From Eledone cirrhosa (taxonomy: Eukaryota): 64,000 bases of DNA. Where the stretch lies: the NCBI GenBank assembly GCA_964016885.1, contig OZ024744.1, positions 94,736,001 to 94,800,000 on the forward strand, written 5' to 3'. A program made the translations under genes and the position numbers. Below the pieces are notes generated by a model. The model was not told the origin of the DNA. It saw only the letters and a list, made by a program, of their open reading frames with translations, and ran no database searches. Below, one piece after another: positions 15,001 through 29,090 of the stretch. Every line of letters begins with the position of its first letter. The first letter of the stretch is position 1.

Positions 15001-18000
15001 ATGTCTTCAGACACATGAGGCTGCCAAAGTGTTCCAAAGACCACCACAGTCAGCTACATCTATCACGACATCCCATGTCTTGAGACACATGAGGTAGCCA
15101 AAGTGTTCCAATGACCACATTCAATTACATCTATCACAACATCCCACATCTTGAGACACATGAGGTAGCCAAAGTGTTCCAATGACCACGGTCAGTAACA
15201 TCTATTAATACATCCCACATCTTGAGACACTTGAGACAGCCAAATATTCCAATGACCACCACAGTCAGTTACATCTATCAATACATCCCACATCATGAGA
15301 CACATGTAGCAGCCAATGTGTTCCAGTGACCATAGTCAGTTATATCTATCACAACATCCCACATCTTGAGACACTTCAGGCAGCCAAAGTGTTCCAATGA
15401 CCACCACAGTCAGTTACTTCTATCAATACATCCCACATCTTGAGACACATGAGGTAGCCAAAGTGTTCCAATGACCACAGTCAGGTACATCTATCAATAC
15501 ATCCCACATCTTGAGACACATGTGGCAGCCAAAGTGTTCCAATGACTACAGTCAGTTACATCTATCAATACATCCCACATCTTGAGACACATGAGGCAAC
15601 TAAAGTGTTCCAATGACCACAGTCAGTTACATCTATCAATACATCCCACATCTGGAGACACATGAGGCAGCCAAAGTGTTCTAATGACCACAGTCAGTTA
15701 CATCTATCAATACATCCCACATCTTGAGACACATGTGGCAGCCAAAGTGTTCCAATGACTACAGTCAGTTACATCTATCAATATATCCCACATCTTGAGA
15801 CACATGAGGCAGCTTAAGTGTTCCAATGACCACACTCATTTACATCTATCAATATATCCCGCATCTTGAGACACATGAGGCAGCTAAAGTGTTCCAATGA
15901 CCACACTCAGTTACATCTATCAATACATCCCACATCTTGAGACACATGAGGCAGCCAAAGTGTTCCAATGACCACCACAGTCAGTTACATCTATCAATAC
16001 ATCCAACATCTTGAGACACATGAGGCAGCCAAAGTGTTCCAATGACCACCACAGTCAGTTACATCTATCAATATATCCCACATCTTGAGACACATGAGGC
16101 AGCTAAAGTGTTCCAATGACCACAGTCAGTTACATCAATCAATACATCCCACATCTTGAGACACTTCAGGCAGCCAAAGTGTTCCAATGACTACCATGGT
16201 CAGTTACATCAATCAATACATCCCATGTCTTGAGACACATGAGGTAGCCAAAGTGTTCCAATGACCACAGTCAGTTACATCTATCAACACATCCCACATC
16301 CGGAGACACATGAGGCAGCCAAAGTGTTCCAATGACCACCACAGCCAGTTACATCTATCAATACATCCCACACCTTGAGACACATGAGTTAGCCAAAGTG
16401 TTCCATTGTCCACCACGGTCAGTTACATCAATCAATACATCCCACATCTTGAGACACATGAGGCAGCCAAAGTGTTCCAATGACCACGGTCAGTTACATC
16501 TATCAATACCTCCCACATCTTGAGACACTTCAGGCAGCCAAAATGTTCCAATGACCACCACAGTCAGTTACTTCTATCAATACATCCCACATCCTGAGAC
16601 ACATGAGGCAGCCAAAGTGTTCCAATGACCACCACAGTCAGTTACATCTATCAATACATCCCACATCTTGAGACACATGAGGTAGCAAAAGTGTTCCAAT
16701 GACCACAGTCAGTTACACCTATCAATACATTCCACATCTTGAGACACATGTAGCAGCCAAAGTGTTCCAATGACCACCACAGTCAGTTACATCTATCAAT
16801 ACATCCCACATCTGGAGACACATGAGGCAGCCAAAGTGTTCCAATGACCACAGTCAGTTACATCTATCAATACATCCTACATCTTGAGACACATGAGGTA
16901 GCCAAAGTGTTCCAATGACCACAGTCAGTTACACCTATCAATACATTCCACATCTTGAGACACATGTAGCAGCCAAAGTGTTCCAATGACCACCACAGTC
17001 AGTTACATCTATCAATACATCCCACATCTTGAGACAAATGAGGCAGCCAAAGTGTCCCAACGACCACAGTCAGTTACATCTATCAATACATCCCACATCT
17101 TGAGACACATGAGGCAGCCAAAGTGTTCCAATGACCACAATGGTCAGCTACATCTATCAATACATCCCACATCTTGAGACAAATGAGGCAGCCAAAGTGT
17201 CCCAATGACCACAGTCAGTTACATCTATCAATACATCCCACATCTTGAGACACTTGAGGCAGCCAAAGTGTTCCAATGACCACCACAGTCAGTTACATCT
17301 ATCAATACGTCCCACATCTTGAGACACATTAGGCAGCCAAAGTGTTCCAATGACCACCACAGTCAGTTACATCTATCAATACATCCCACATCTTGAGATA
17401 CAATAGGCAGCCAAAGTGTTCCCATGACCACCACACTCAGTTAAATCTATCAATATATCTCAAATCTTGAGACACACGAGGCAGCCAAATATTCCAATGA
17501 CCACCACAGTCAGTTACATCTATCAATACATCCCACATCTTGAGACACATGAGGCAGCCAAAGTGTTCCAATTACGACAGTCAGGTACATCTATCAATAC
17601 ATCCCACATCTTCAGACACATGAGGCAGCCAAAGTGTTCCAATGACCACCACACTCACTTACATCTATCAATATATCCCACATCTTGAGACACATGAGGC
17701 AGCTAAAGTGTTCCAATGACCACAGTCAGTTACATCAATCAATACATCCCACATCTTGAGACACTTCAGGCAGCCAAAGTGTTCCAATGACTACCATGGT
17801 CAGTTACATCAATCAATACATCCCATGTCTTGAAACACATGAGGTAGCCAAAGTGTTCCAATGACCACAGTCAGTTACATCTATCAACACATCCCACATC
17901 CGGAGACACATGAGGCAGCCAAAGTGTTCCAATGACCACCACAGCCAGTTACATCTATCAATACATCCCACACCTTGAGACACATGAGTTAGCCAAAGTG

Positions 18001-21000
18001 TTCCATTGTCCACCACGGTCAGTTACATCAATCAATACATCCCACATCTTGAGACACATGAGGCAGCCAAAGTGTTCCAATGACCACAGTCAGTTACATC
18101 TATCAATACCTCCCACATCTTGAGACACTTCAGGCAGCCAAAGTGTTCCAATGACCACCACAGTCAGTTACTTCTATCAATACATCCCACATCCTGAGAC
18201 ACATGAGGCAGCCAAAGTGTTCCAATGACCACCACAGTCAGTTACATCTATCAATACATCCCACATCTTGAGACACATGAGGTAGCAAAAGTGTTCCAAT
18301 GACCACAGTCAGTTACACCTATCAATACATTCCACATCTTGAGACACATGTAGCAGCCAAAGTGTTCCAATGACCACCACAGTCAGTTACATCTATCAAT
18401 ACATCCCACATCTGGAGACACATGAGGCAGCCAAAGTGTTCCAATGACCACAGTCAGTTACATCTATCAATACATCCTACATCTTGAGACACATGAGGTA
18501 GCCAAAGTGTTCCAATGACCACAGTCAGTTACATCTATCAATACATCCCACATCTTGAGATACAATAGGCAGCCAAAGTGTTCCCATGACCACCACACTC
18601 AGTTACATCTATCAATATATCTCACATCTTGAGACACATGAGGCAGCCAAATATTCCAATGACCACCACAGTCAGTTAGATCTATCAATATATCCCACAT
18701 CTTGAGACACATGAGGCAGCCAAAGTGTTCCAATGACGACAGTCAGGTACATCTATCAATACATCCCACATCTTCAGACACATGAGGCAGCCAAAGTGTT
18801 CCAATGATCACACTCACTTACATCTATCAATATATCCCACATCTTGAGACACATGAGGCAGCTAAAGTGTTCCAATGACCACAGTCAGTTACATCAATCA
18901 ATACATCCCACATCTTGAGACACTTCAGGCAGCCAAAGTGTTCCAATGACTACCATGGTCAGTTATATCAATCAATACATCCCATGTCTTGAGACATATG
19001 AGGTAGCCAAAGTGTTCCAATGACCACAGTCAGTTACATCTATCAACACATCCCACATCTGGAGACACATGAGGCAGCCAAAGTGTTCCAATGACCACCA
19101 CAGCCAGTTACATCTATCAATACATCCCACACCTTGAGACACATGAGTTAGCCAAAGTGTTCCAATGTCCACCATGGTCAGTTACATCAATCAATACATC
19201 CCACATCTTGAGACACATGAGGCAGCCAAAGTGTTCCAATGACCACAGTCAGTTACATCTATCAATACCTCCCACATCTTGAGACACGTCAGGCAGCCAA
19301 AGTGTTCCAATGACCACCACAGTCAGTTACTTCTATCAATACATCCCACATCCTGAGACACATGAGGCAGCCAAAGTGTTCCAATGACCACCACAGTCAG
19401 TTACATCTATCAATACATCCCACATCTTGAGACACATGAGGCAGCCAAAGTGTTCCCATGACCACAGTCAGTTACATCTATCAATACATCCCACATATTG
19501 AGACACATGAGGTAGCCAAAGTGTTCCAATGACCACAGTCAGTTACACCTATCAATACATTCCACATCTTGATACACATGTAGCAGCCAAAGTGTTCCAA
19601 TGACCACCACAGTCTGTTACATCTATCAATACATCCCACATCTTGAGACACATGAGGCAGCCAAAGTGTTCCAATGACCACCACAGTCAGTTACATCTAT
19701 CAATACACCCCACATCTTGAGACACACGAGGCAGCCAAAGTGTTCCAATGACCACCACAGTCAGTTACATCTATCAATACATCCCACATCTTGAGACACA
19801 TGAGGTAGCCAAAGTGTTCCAATGACCACAGTCAGTTACATCTATCAATACATCCCACATCTTGAGACACATGTAGCAGCCAAAGTGCTCTAATGGCCAC
19901 AGTCAGTTACATCTATCAATAGATCCCACATCTTGAGACACATGAGGCAGCCAAAGTGTTCCAATGACCACCACAGTCACTTACATCCATCAATATATCC
20001 CACATCTTGAGACACATGTAGCAGCCAAAGTGTTCCAATGACCACCACAGTCAGTTACATCTATCAATACATCCCACATCTTGAGACACTTGAGGTAGCC
20101 AAAGTGTTCCAATGACCACCATAGTCAGTTATATATATCATCTCACATCTTGAGACACATGAGTCAGCCAAATGTTCCAATGACCACAGTCTGTTACATC
20201 TATCAATACACCCAACATCTTGAGGTACATGTAGCAGCCGAAGTGTTCCAATGAGCACCACAGTCAGTTACATCTATCAATACATTCCACATCTTGAGAC
20301 ACATGAGGCAGCCAAAGTGTTCCAATGACCACCATGGTCAGCTACATTTATCAATACATCCCACATCTTGAGACACATGAGGCAGCCAAAGTGTTCCAAT
20401 GACCACTACAGTCAGTTACATCCATCAATACATCCCACATCTTGAGACACATGAGGCAGCCAAAGTGCTCTAATGACCACCACAGTCAGTTATATCTATC
20501 AATACATCCCACATCTTGATACACATGAGGCAGCCAAAATGTTCCAATGACCACCACAGTCAGTTACATCTATCAGTACATCCCACATCTTTAGACACAT
20601 GAGGCAGCCAAAGTGTTCCAATGACCACAGTCAGTTACATCTATCAATATATCTCACATCTTGAGACACATGAGGCAGCCAAAGTGCTCCAGTGACCACA
20701 GTCAGTTATATCTATCAATACATCCCACATCTTGATACACATGAGGTAGCCAAAATGTTCCAATGACCACCACAGTCAGTTACATCTATCAATACATCCC
20801 ACATCTTGATACACATGAGGCAGCCAAAATGTTCCAATGACCACCACATTCAGTTATATCTATCAATACATCCCACATCTTGAGACACATGAGGCAGCCA
20901 AATATTCCAATGACCACCACAGTCAGTTATATCTATCAATACATCCCACATCTTGAGACACATGTAGCAGCCAAAGTGTTCCAATGACCACCACAGTCAG

Positions 21001-23713
21001 TTACATCTTTCAATACACCCTACATCTTGAGACACATGTAGCAGCCAAAGTGTTCCAATGACCACCATAGTCAGTTATATCTATCATCTTACATCTTGAG
21101 ACTTTTGAGGCAGCCAAATGTTCCAATGACCACAGTCAGTTACATCTATTAATACATCCCACATCTTGAGACACTTGAGGCAGCCAAAGTGTTCCAATGA
21201 CCACCTCAGTCAGTTACATCTATCAATACATCCCACATCTTGAGACAAATGAGGCAGCCAAAGTGTTCCAATGACCACCATGGTCAGCTACCTCTATCAA
21301 TACATCCCACATCTTGAGACAAATGAGGCAGCCAAAGTGTTCCAATGACCACAGTCAGTTACATCTATCAATACATCCCACATCTTGAGGCACTTGAGGC
21401 AACCAAAGTGTTCCAATGACCACCACAGTCAGTTACATCTATCAATACATCCCACATCTTGAGACACATGAGGCAGCCAAAGTGTTCCAATGACCGCCAC
21501 AGTCAGTTACATCTATCAATACATCACATATCTTGAGACACATGAGGCAGCCAAAGTGTTCCAATGACCACAGTCAGTTACATCTATCAATACATCCCAC
21601 ATCTTGAGACACTTGAGGCAGCCAAAGTGTTCCAATGACCACCACAGTCTGTCACGTCTATCAATACATCCCACATCTTGAGACGCATGAGGCAGCCAAA
21701 GTGTTCCAATGACCACCATGGTCAGCTACATCTATCAATACATCCCATATCTTGAGACAAATGAGGCAGCCAAAGTGTTCCAATGACCACAGTCAGTTAC
21801 ATCTATCAATACATCCCACATCTTGAGACGCATGAGGCAGCCAAAGTGTTCCAATGACCACCATGGTCAGCTACATCTATCAATACATCCCACATCTTGA
21901 GACAAATGAGGCAGCCAAAGTGTTCCAATGACCACAGTCAGTTACATCTATCAATACATCCCACATCTTGAGACACATGAGGTAGCCAAAGTGTTCCAAT
22001 GACCACAGTCAGTTACATCTATCAATAGATCCCACATCTTGAGAGACATGAGGCAGCGAAAGTGTTCCAATGACCACCACAGTCACTTACATCCATCAAT
22101 ATATCCCACATCTTGAGACACATGTAGCAGTCAAAGTGTTCCAATGACCACCACAGTCAGTTACATCTATCAATACATCCCACATCTTGAGACACTTGAG
22201 GCAGCCAAAGTGTTCCAATGACCACCATAGTCAGTTATATCTATCATCTCACATCTTGAGACACATGAGTCAGCCAAATGTTCCAATGACCACAGTCTGT
22301 TACATCTATCAATACACCCCACATCTTGAGACACATGTAGCAGCCAAAGTGTTCCAATGAGCACCATGGTCAGCTACATCTATCAATACATCCCATATCT
22401 TGAGACACATGAGGCAGCCAAAGTGTTCCAATGACCACCACAGTCAGTTACATCTATCAATACATCCCACATCTTGAGACACATGAGGCAGCCAAAGTGC
22501 TCTAATGACCACCACAGTCAGTTACATCTATCAATACATACCACATCTTGAGACACATAAGGCAGCCAAAATGCTCCAATGACCACCACAGTCAGTTATA
22601 TCTAGCAATACATCCCACATCATGAGACACATGTAGCAGCCAAAGTGTTCCAATGACCACCACAGTCAGTTACATCTATCAATACATCCCACATCTTGAG
22701 ACACATGAGGCAGCCAAAGTGCTCCAATGACCACCACAGTCAGTTACATCTCTCAATACATCCCACATCTTGAGACACATGTAGCAGCCAAAGTGTTCCA
22801 ATGACCACCACAGTCAGATACATCTATCAATACACCCTACATCTTGAGACACATGTAGCAGCCAAAGTGTTCCAATGACCACCATAATCAGTTATATCTA
22901 TCATCTCAAATCTTGAGACTTTTGAGGCAGCCAAAGTGTTCCAATGACCACCACAGTCTGTTACATCTATCAATACATCCCACATCTTGAGACGCATGAG
23001 GCAGCCAAAGTGTTCCAATGACCACCATGGTCAGCTACATCTATCAATACATCCCACATCTTGAGACAAATGAGGCAGCCAAAGTGTTCCAATGACTGCC
23101 ACAGTCAGTTACATCTATTAATACATCCCACATCTTGAGACACATGAGGCAGCCAAAGTGTTCCAATGACCGCCACAGTCAGTTACATCTATCAATACAT
23201 CCCACATCTTGAGACACTTGAGGCAGCCAAAGTGTTCCAATGACCACCACAGTCTGTTACATCTATCAATACATCCCACATCTTGAGACGCATGAGGCAG
23301 CCAAAGTGTTCCAATGACCACCATGGTCAGCTACATCTATCAATACATCCCACATCTTGAGACAAATGAGGCAGCCAAAGTGTTCCAATGACCACAGTCA
23401 GTAACATCTATCAATACATCCCACATCTTGAGACACTTGAGGCAGCCAAAGTGTTCCAATGACCACCACAGTCAGTTACATCTATCAATACATCCCACAT
23501 CTTGAGACACATGAGGCAGCCAAAGTGTTCCAATGACCACCACAGTCAGTTACATCTATCAATACATCCCACATCTTGAGACGCATGAGGCAGCCAAAGT
23601 GTTCCAATGACCACCACAGTCAGTTACATCTATCAATACATCCCACATCTTGAGACACATGAGACAGGCAAATTGTTCCAATGACCACAGTCAGTTACAT
23701 CTATCAATACATC
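1..23713. repeat. Satellite array of 71/74-bp monomers (runs off the left edge)
   Basis: Consensus CACATCTTGAGACACATGAGGCAGCCAAAGTGTTCCAATGACC(ACC)ACAGTCAGTTACATCTATCAATACATCC. Units start at 1, 75 and 146 (74 and 71 bp, differing by one ACC). Ends abruptly at ...CTATCAATACATC. Confidence 0.98.
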
Positions 23714-24097
23714 ACTTTTAAATCTTGTTAAAGCACATCTGAAAAAGGCTTCTAGGGAAACATATAGTTGTCCCAGTTAGGTATACCTTTATTAGTCTAT
23801 GACTTCCATGATTTTGCATCTTATTTGAAATTTTTACTGTCTATAACTATCGATGTCATTATCATTGTAATTGATTATATATGAGTTAATAATATGTGAA
23901 AATAAACTATGATGGAGCCGATCTTGAACCAATTTCCTATGGTCTCAATACAAAACCATAAGTAAATTGGGAGAAAAAATAATATTTTTAAAAAACTTTT
24001 TAAATAATTAAAAAATGTCTAATTATGAAACTATACGTCCTTGAGATGAAGTTCTATTTGCTGAAACATGTGTTAGTTTAAAAACTTATTGATTATT

Positions 24098-24240
24098 TGG
24101 TGCATCCAACCGTAGAAAACCTGCTAGAGACAGTTCTGTACGAGTGAGACATAGACAAACGACCAATCTCGCCTCTAGTGGGACAAAACCATCTAATCTA
24201 TGCTAGCGTGGAAGATGGACGTTAAACGATATATGATGAT
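24098..24240 (+). mobile_element. Degenerate RTE-type/SINE 3' tail fragment
   Basis: GCATCCAACCGTAGAAAACC...ATGCTAGCGTGGAAGATGGACGTTAAACGAT...GATGAT matches the tail of the RTE copy at 28590-28750. Confidence 0.7.
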
Positions 24241-24261
24241 ATATATATATGACGAAGCATC

Positions 24262-24530
24262 AATGAACCGAGAGAGAAAAAGGCATCAGATGCAGTGTAT
24301 GGGAAAAGAGAGTTGTGTTGGTATGGACATGTGGTCTGTGTGGAGAATGACAGCTGTATCAAAAGGAGCAGGGTGTTCAAAATTGTCAGAAACTAAGGAA
24401 GAGTAAGATGCTAGGAAAATTTCAGGATGAAGTGATAAAAGCTGACCTCACACAATTAAACCTCTCAAAGGAAGTGATGCAGGATTGAGAAATTTGGCAT
24501 CATGCTGTGCTGCAGATGACCTGCCTCTTC
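24262..24530 (+). pseudogene. Old RTE LINE fragment (ORF C-terminus)
   Basis: TGTTGGTATGGACATGTG...GACAGCTGTATCAAAAGG...GATGAAGTGATAAAAGCTGACCTCACACAATTA aligns with 28218-28360. Confidence 0.7.
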
Positions 24531-25176
24531 AAGCCGACAGGATTAAACAAACAATGTCCATCATACATCTCCTCAACTTAACACTTACCCATCTGCGCCT
24601 TCATTATCTAAGTACCCCTCACCCACATTAGACCTCCCCCACCCACTCCCACCATCCCAATGCCCACTTGGCACATCCAACAACTCTCACTATCATGGAA
24701 GCATAGCTCCCCTCCCCCCTCTCCCATTCATCAAGTTCAGTCCAGCATGGAAAGCCAGACCCCCACTCCACCTTCATTTTTACCCCCACCTCCAGACCTA
24801 ACCCTAACCCAACCCATCCCAACCCATAACTAACTTACAAAGACTCCCATAGCAACATGAAAAGCCTGCCAGTGCTTTTTGTTGTGACACCAAAATGACT
24901 ACTTTGCAGTGTGGGCTGAGGGCTTTGGTGGGAAGGGTGTGTGGGGATTAAGGATGTGGGTATATGGGCGTGTGTGAGGGGGGGGGGGGGGGGGCAGAGT
25001 GTTAAGACGTGGGCAGTGTATGGAAGAGGGAATGAAGGTGAGGGTGGTGCATACCAGATGTATGCTTCTTCAGCCTGTGCTCATTGGAAGGATATATTAT
25101 ACTATACTTTGGGAAGGTCATTCTGCAATAAAACCAGATGTAAAAGTCTATTGTTCAATTTTATTATTACTCAGGA

Positions 25177-25986
25177 TGAGGGTCGGACGTCATGCTTTGA
25201 CGCATAGAGTTATGGCCCTTGCCATTATGAGTCCAAATCCCGCTGAGGTTAACTTTTACCTTTCATCCTTACAGGGTTGATAAAATAAAGTATCAGTAAT
25301 ACACTGGGATAATTGCTGGCCTTGTGCCAAACGTAGAAACAATTATTGCTCAGGTAACAAAGGCAGTGGATTGGCAGAATCAATAGAACATCAGATACTA
25401 TGCTTAACAGCGTAGTTACACCCCTTTATGTTCTGAGTTCAAATCTCGCTGAGGTTAGCTTTGCCTTTCATTCTTATGGGGTCGATGATAAAATCAAGAA
25501 TCAGTAATGCATTAAGGTCAATATAATCAACTTTCCCCTCTCCTAAACATTTGCTGGTCTTATGCCTAAATCAGAAACCATTATTACTCAGGGATGGTGG
25601 ATTAGCAATATCGGTAGAGGGTCGGCCGCCATGCTTTGCAACATAGAGTTATGGCCCTTTATGGTCTGAGTTCAAACTCTGCTGAGGTTAACTTTGGCTT
25701 TCACCCTTACGGGGTTGATAAAATAAAGTACCAGTAATACGGTGGGATAATTGCTGGCCTTGTGCCAAAAGTAGAAACAATTATTACTCAGGGGCGGTGG
25801 ATTGGCAGTATCGGTAGAGAGTCGGACGCCATGCTTTGCAGCAAAGAGTTACGACCCTTTATGATCTGAGTTCAAATCCCGCCAAGGTTGACTTTGCTTT
25901 TCATCCTTATGGGGTCGATAAAATAAAGTACCAGTAATACCCTGAGATAATTGCTGGCCTTGTGCCAAAAGTAGAAACAATTATTA
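25177..25986 (+). mobile_element. Four head-to-tail tRNA-derived SINE copies
   Basis: Pol III A-box-like TGGCAGTATCGGT and B-box GAGTTCAAATCCC, central GCCTTTCATCCTTACGGGGTCGATAAAATAAAGTACCAG, tail GTAGAAACAATTATT. Copies at about 25177-25347, 25361-25586, 25593-25785 and 25793-25986. Confidence 0.88.
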
Positions 25987-26041
25987 CTCAGGTAACTAAT
26001 CCAATCCTCAGTTAGTTTAGTGACTGGATGGTTGTTTAATA

Positions 26042-26084
26042 GTCAAAGCTCTTTCATCACACACACTGTGACCTTCTCAATTAC
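26042..26084 (-). ncRNA. Decayed hammerhead ribozyme remnant (same family as 51515-51557)
   Basis: Minus strand GTAA-TTGAGAA-G-GTCACAGTGTGTGTGAT-GAAA-GAGCTT-TGAC aligns with GTCA-CTGAAGA-G-GTCACAGAATGTGTGAC-GAAA-GAACTT-TGAC; the core is mutated. Confidence 0.5.
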
Positions 26085-26227
26085 TATTTGTTGCTTTTTT
26101 TTTTTACCTCATTTTGATTTTGCTTTATTTACTTTCATTTTTCTATACATTCTGTTGCTAGATCATTACAGGATGTTAAGAGTTAATAATCAAATAAGTT
26201 AATTAATTTTTATTGATGTCAGAATTA

Positions 26228-26448
26228 ATAATTGTTTCTTATATAGGCACAAGACCAGCAATTTTGGGGGAGGGGAAAGTCGATTAAATCGACCCAAGTG
26301 CGTGACTGGTACTTTATTATATCGACCCTGTAAGGATGAAAGGCAAAGTTAACTTTGGCGGGATTTGAACTTTGATCATAAAGGGCCGTAACTCTATGCC
26401 TCAAAGCATGTTGTCCAATGCTCTACTGATACTGCCAATCAACCACCC
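26228..26448 (-). mobile_element. tRNA-derived SINE with ~19-bp target-site duplication
   Basis: Reverse complement of the SINE above, flanked by TGATGTCAGAATTAATAAT (26214) and TGATGTCAGAGTTAATAAT (26449). Confidence 0.85.
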
Positions 26449-26570
26449 TGATGTCAGAGTTAATAATTCCATTATCCTCATCTTCGTCATCTCTTTAAAT
26501 AAATACCTGTCATTAATACCTTCATTAATACCTGTCATACAATTATTTGTCAAACAAAATGCTTCATTGT

Positions 26571-26634
26571 ATGAGGGAGGGCTGAAAAGTTGATAGGCTG
26601 AATATGAAAGAGTGCTGCTAGAGCTGTGAAATCT
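26571..26634 (+). mobile_element. Left end of a mariner-like MITE, abutting the RTE
   Basis: TATGAGGGAGGGCTGAAAAGTTGATAGGCTGAATATGAAAGAGTGCTGCTAGAGCTGTGAAATCT matches the left ends of the MITEs at 42954 and 43175. Confidence 0.6.
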
Positions 26635-28750
26635 GGAGAGAAGTGTATCCGGAATGATAAAGGTGAGCTTGCCCTCACAAGTGCTGAGAAGAAAGATGCA
26701 TGGAAGAGCCATTATGATAGATTACTAAATGAGGAGAATGCATGGGAAGAAGAGACCCTACCCCAAGTAGACCCTATAGAGGGGCCAGCAGTACAAGTCA
26801 GCAGCAGCAGCAGCGTAGTAAGTAAGGCAATCAAAGATATGAAGATGGGGAAGGCAACCGGTCCATCGGGTATAGCTGCTGAGATGCTGAAGGCATCTGG
26901 GTCTGTAGGTCACACTATAACCACACGTATTGTTAACCAGGTAATACTAGAAGATTGGTGCAGTAGCATCATAGTCAACTGCTACAAAGGTACAGGTGAT
27001 GCACTAGATAGAGGAAACTATAGAGGTATAAAGCTGATGGACCAGGACATGAAAGTAACAGAAAGAGTTATAGCACAGTTGATTAGGGACCGGGTGAAAC
27101 TAGATGAGATGCAATTTGGATTTGTACCAGGAAGAGACACCACTGATGCCCTCTTCCTTGTGAGGCAGTTACAGGAAAAGTACCTAGCTAAAAGTAAGCC
27201 ACTCTACCTGGCATTCGTCGATCTCGAGAAAGCCTTTGACAGAGTTCCACGTGCTATAATCTGGTGGACTCTTAGAAAACTAGGAGTAGATGAATGGCTT
27301 GTGAAAGCTGTACAAGCCATGTATAGGGGAGCAGTCAGCAAAGTTAGGATTAGCAATGAGTATAGCAAGGAATTTAGCGTACAGGTTGGTGTCCACCAGG
27401 GCTCTGTTCTTAGCCCTCTCCTGTTCATCATAGTCCTGCATGCAATAACGGAGGAGTTTAAGACCAGATGCCCATGGGAACTCCTGTATGCAGATGACCT
27501 CGCACTTATAGCTGAATCTATGGTAGAACTAGAGAAGAAATTCCAAACATGGAAGCAGGGACTAGAAAGAAAGGGTCTCAAAGTCAACCTGATAAAGACT
27601 AAGGTCCTTGTAAGTAGACTAGAAAACAGAACCCAGATCCCTCAGGGAAATGGCCTTGCTCAGTATGTAGGAAAGGTGTAGGTAGGAACTTCATTCCCTG
27701 ACCCAAATACAAACAATGGGTACACAAGAGATGTAGTGGGATCTCAGGAAGCTTAACTTAGAATATAGGCTTCACATGTAGCAGCTGTGCTGGGACAGCA
27801 AGCAGCAAACAGCCACAGGAAACAAGTACCACCAATCTCTGGGAGGGCTCTGTAGAAACAGTAGACAGCTTCTGCTACCTAGGTGACTGAATTAGCAGCG
27901 GAGGTGGGTGTTCAGAAAGTACAATAACTAGGGTAAGAACGGGATGGAAGAAGTTCAGGGAACTACTTGCTAGCTGCAAAAGGCTTTTCCCTCAAAATGA
28001 AAGACAGACTGTATGATGCGTGTATCCGAACAGCAATGTTACATGGTAGTGAGACCTGGGCGCTGAAGGTGGAAGACTTACATAGATTAGAAAGAAACGA
28101 AGCCTGCATGCTCCGATGGATGTGTAATAGTAATATACTCGAACGGCAAAGCATAAACAAATTGAGAGAGAGACTGAGCATAAGAGGAATCAAATGGTGT
28201 GTGCAGGAGAGGTGGTTGCGTTGGTATGGACATGTGATGCGTATGAAGGATGACAGCTGCATAAAAAGGTGCAGAGCACTAGAAGTCAATGGAAACCGCG
28301 GAGTGGGGAGACCCAAGAAGACCTGGGATGAGGTGATAAAAGCCGACCTTACCCAATTACACCTCTCAAAGGCGATGACACACGACCGTGACCTCTGGCG
28401 TCACGCAGTAATACAGAGTACCCGACCTCCCATGGGTACAAGCTGAAGCATATAGACAATATACCCCCCCCCCCCACTTCAAAGTGGTCGTGGAGGTGCC
28501 ACGGCAAAAAAGCACCCAGCCCACACTATAAAGTGGACGTGGGGGCGCCACAGAAAAAAGCACCCAGCACTCACTGTAAATGAGGTTGGTGTTAGGAAGG
28601 GCATCCAGCTGTAGAAATCAAGCCAAAATCAGTTCCTGTATGAGCAAGGCATGGTCAGCCGACCAGACACTGCCAACAACAGGACAACCCGTCTAACCCA
28701 TGCTAGCATGGAAGAATGGACGTAAAACGGTGATGATGATGATGATGATG
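26635..28750 (+). mobile_element. 5'-truncated RTE-clade non-LTR retrotransposon (RT pseudogene)
   Basis: ORF 26626-27681 has RT motifs NYRGIKL, QFGF, FVDLEKAFDRV, GVHQGSVLSPLLF and LLYADDL. Frameshifted Cys-rich segment follows, then the RTE C-terminus LRWYGHVMR...GRPKKTW (27967-28446) and a (GAT)n tail. Confidence 0.95.
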
Positions 28751-28794
28751 TTAGAATGTCAGATAGAATGTTTTTCATTATTTGTTTCAGCTAT

Positions 28795-29090
28795 GGCAGT
28801 GGATTGGCAGTATCGGTAGAGAGTCTGACGCTATGCTTTGCACCAAAGAGTTACGGCCCTTTATGGTCTGAGTTCAAAATCCCGCCGAGGTTAACTTTGC
28901 CTTTCATCCTTACGGAGTCGATAAAATAAAGTACCAGTAATACACTGGGATAATTGCTGGCCTTGTGCCAAAAGTAGAAACAATCATTTGTTTCAGCTCT
29001 CTGTTTTTTGAGTTCAAATCCCGCCGAGATCAACTTTGTCTTTCATCCATTCAAGGTCGATAAAAAAATACCAGTCAGGTATTGGGGTTG
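28795..29090 (+). mobile_element. tRNA-derived SINE plus a truncated second copy
   Basis: GGCAGTGGATTGGCAGTATCGG...GAGTTCAAAATCCC...GTAGAAACAAT, followed by a second GAGTTCAAATCCCGCCGAG...TACCAG. Confidence 0.85.

Noticed and set aside
1-23713. CRISPR array or C2H2 zinc-finger tandem gene
   Set aside because: No unique spacers; unit lengths 71/74 are not multiples of 3; the ORFs are short frame-cycling artefacts without CxxC...HxxxH spacing; no cas genes.
1-23713. Hammerhead-containing satellite
   Set aside because: The consensus lacks CTGANGA...GAAA on either strand.
24036-24080. Possible HHR (GAGATGAAG...CTGAAACATGTG)
   Set aside because: The core box and stems cannot be formed convincingly.
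24795-24830. Telomeric repeat (CCTAACCCTAACCC)
   Set aside because: Only about two units within a C-rich low-complexity tract.
25790-25880. tRNA gene
   Set aside because: A/B boxes belong to the SINE head; no cloverleaf.
27204-27587. Antisense ORFs over RT and transposase regions (also 48588-49004, 44642-45052)
   Set aside because: Shadow frames of the TE coding strand.
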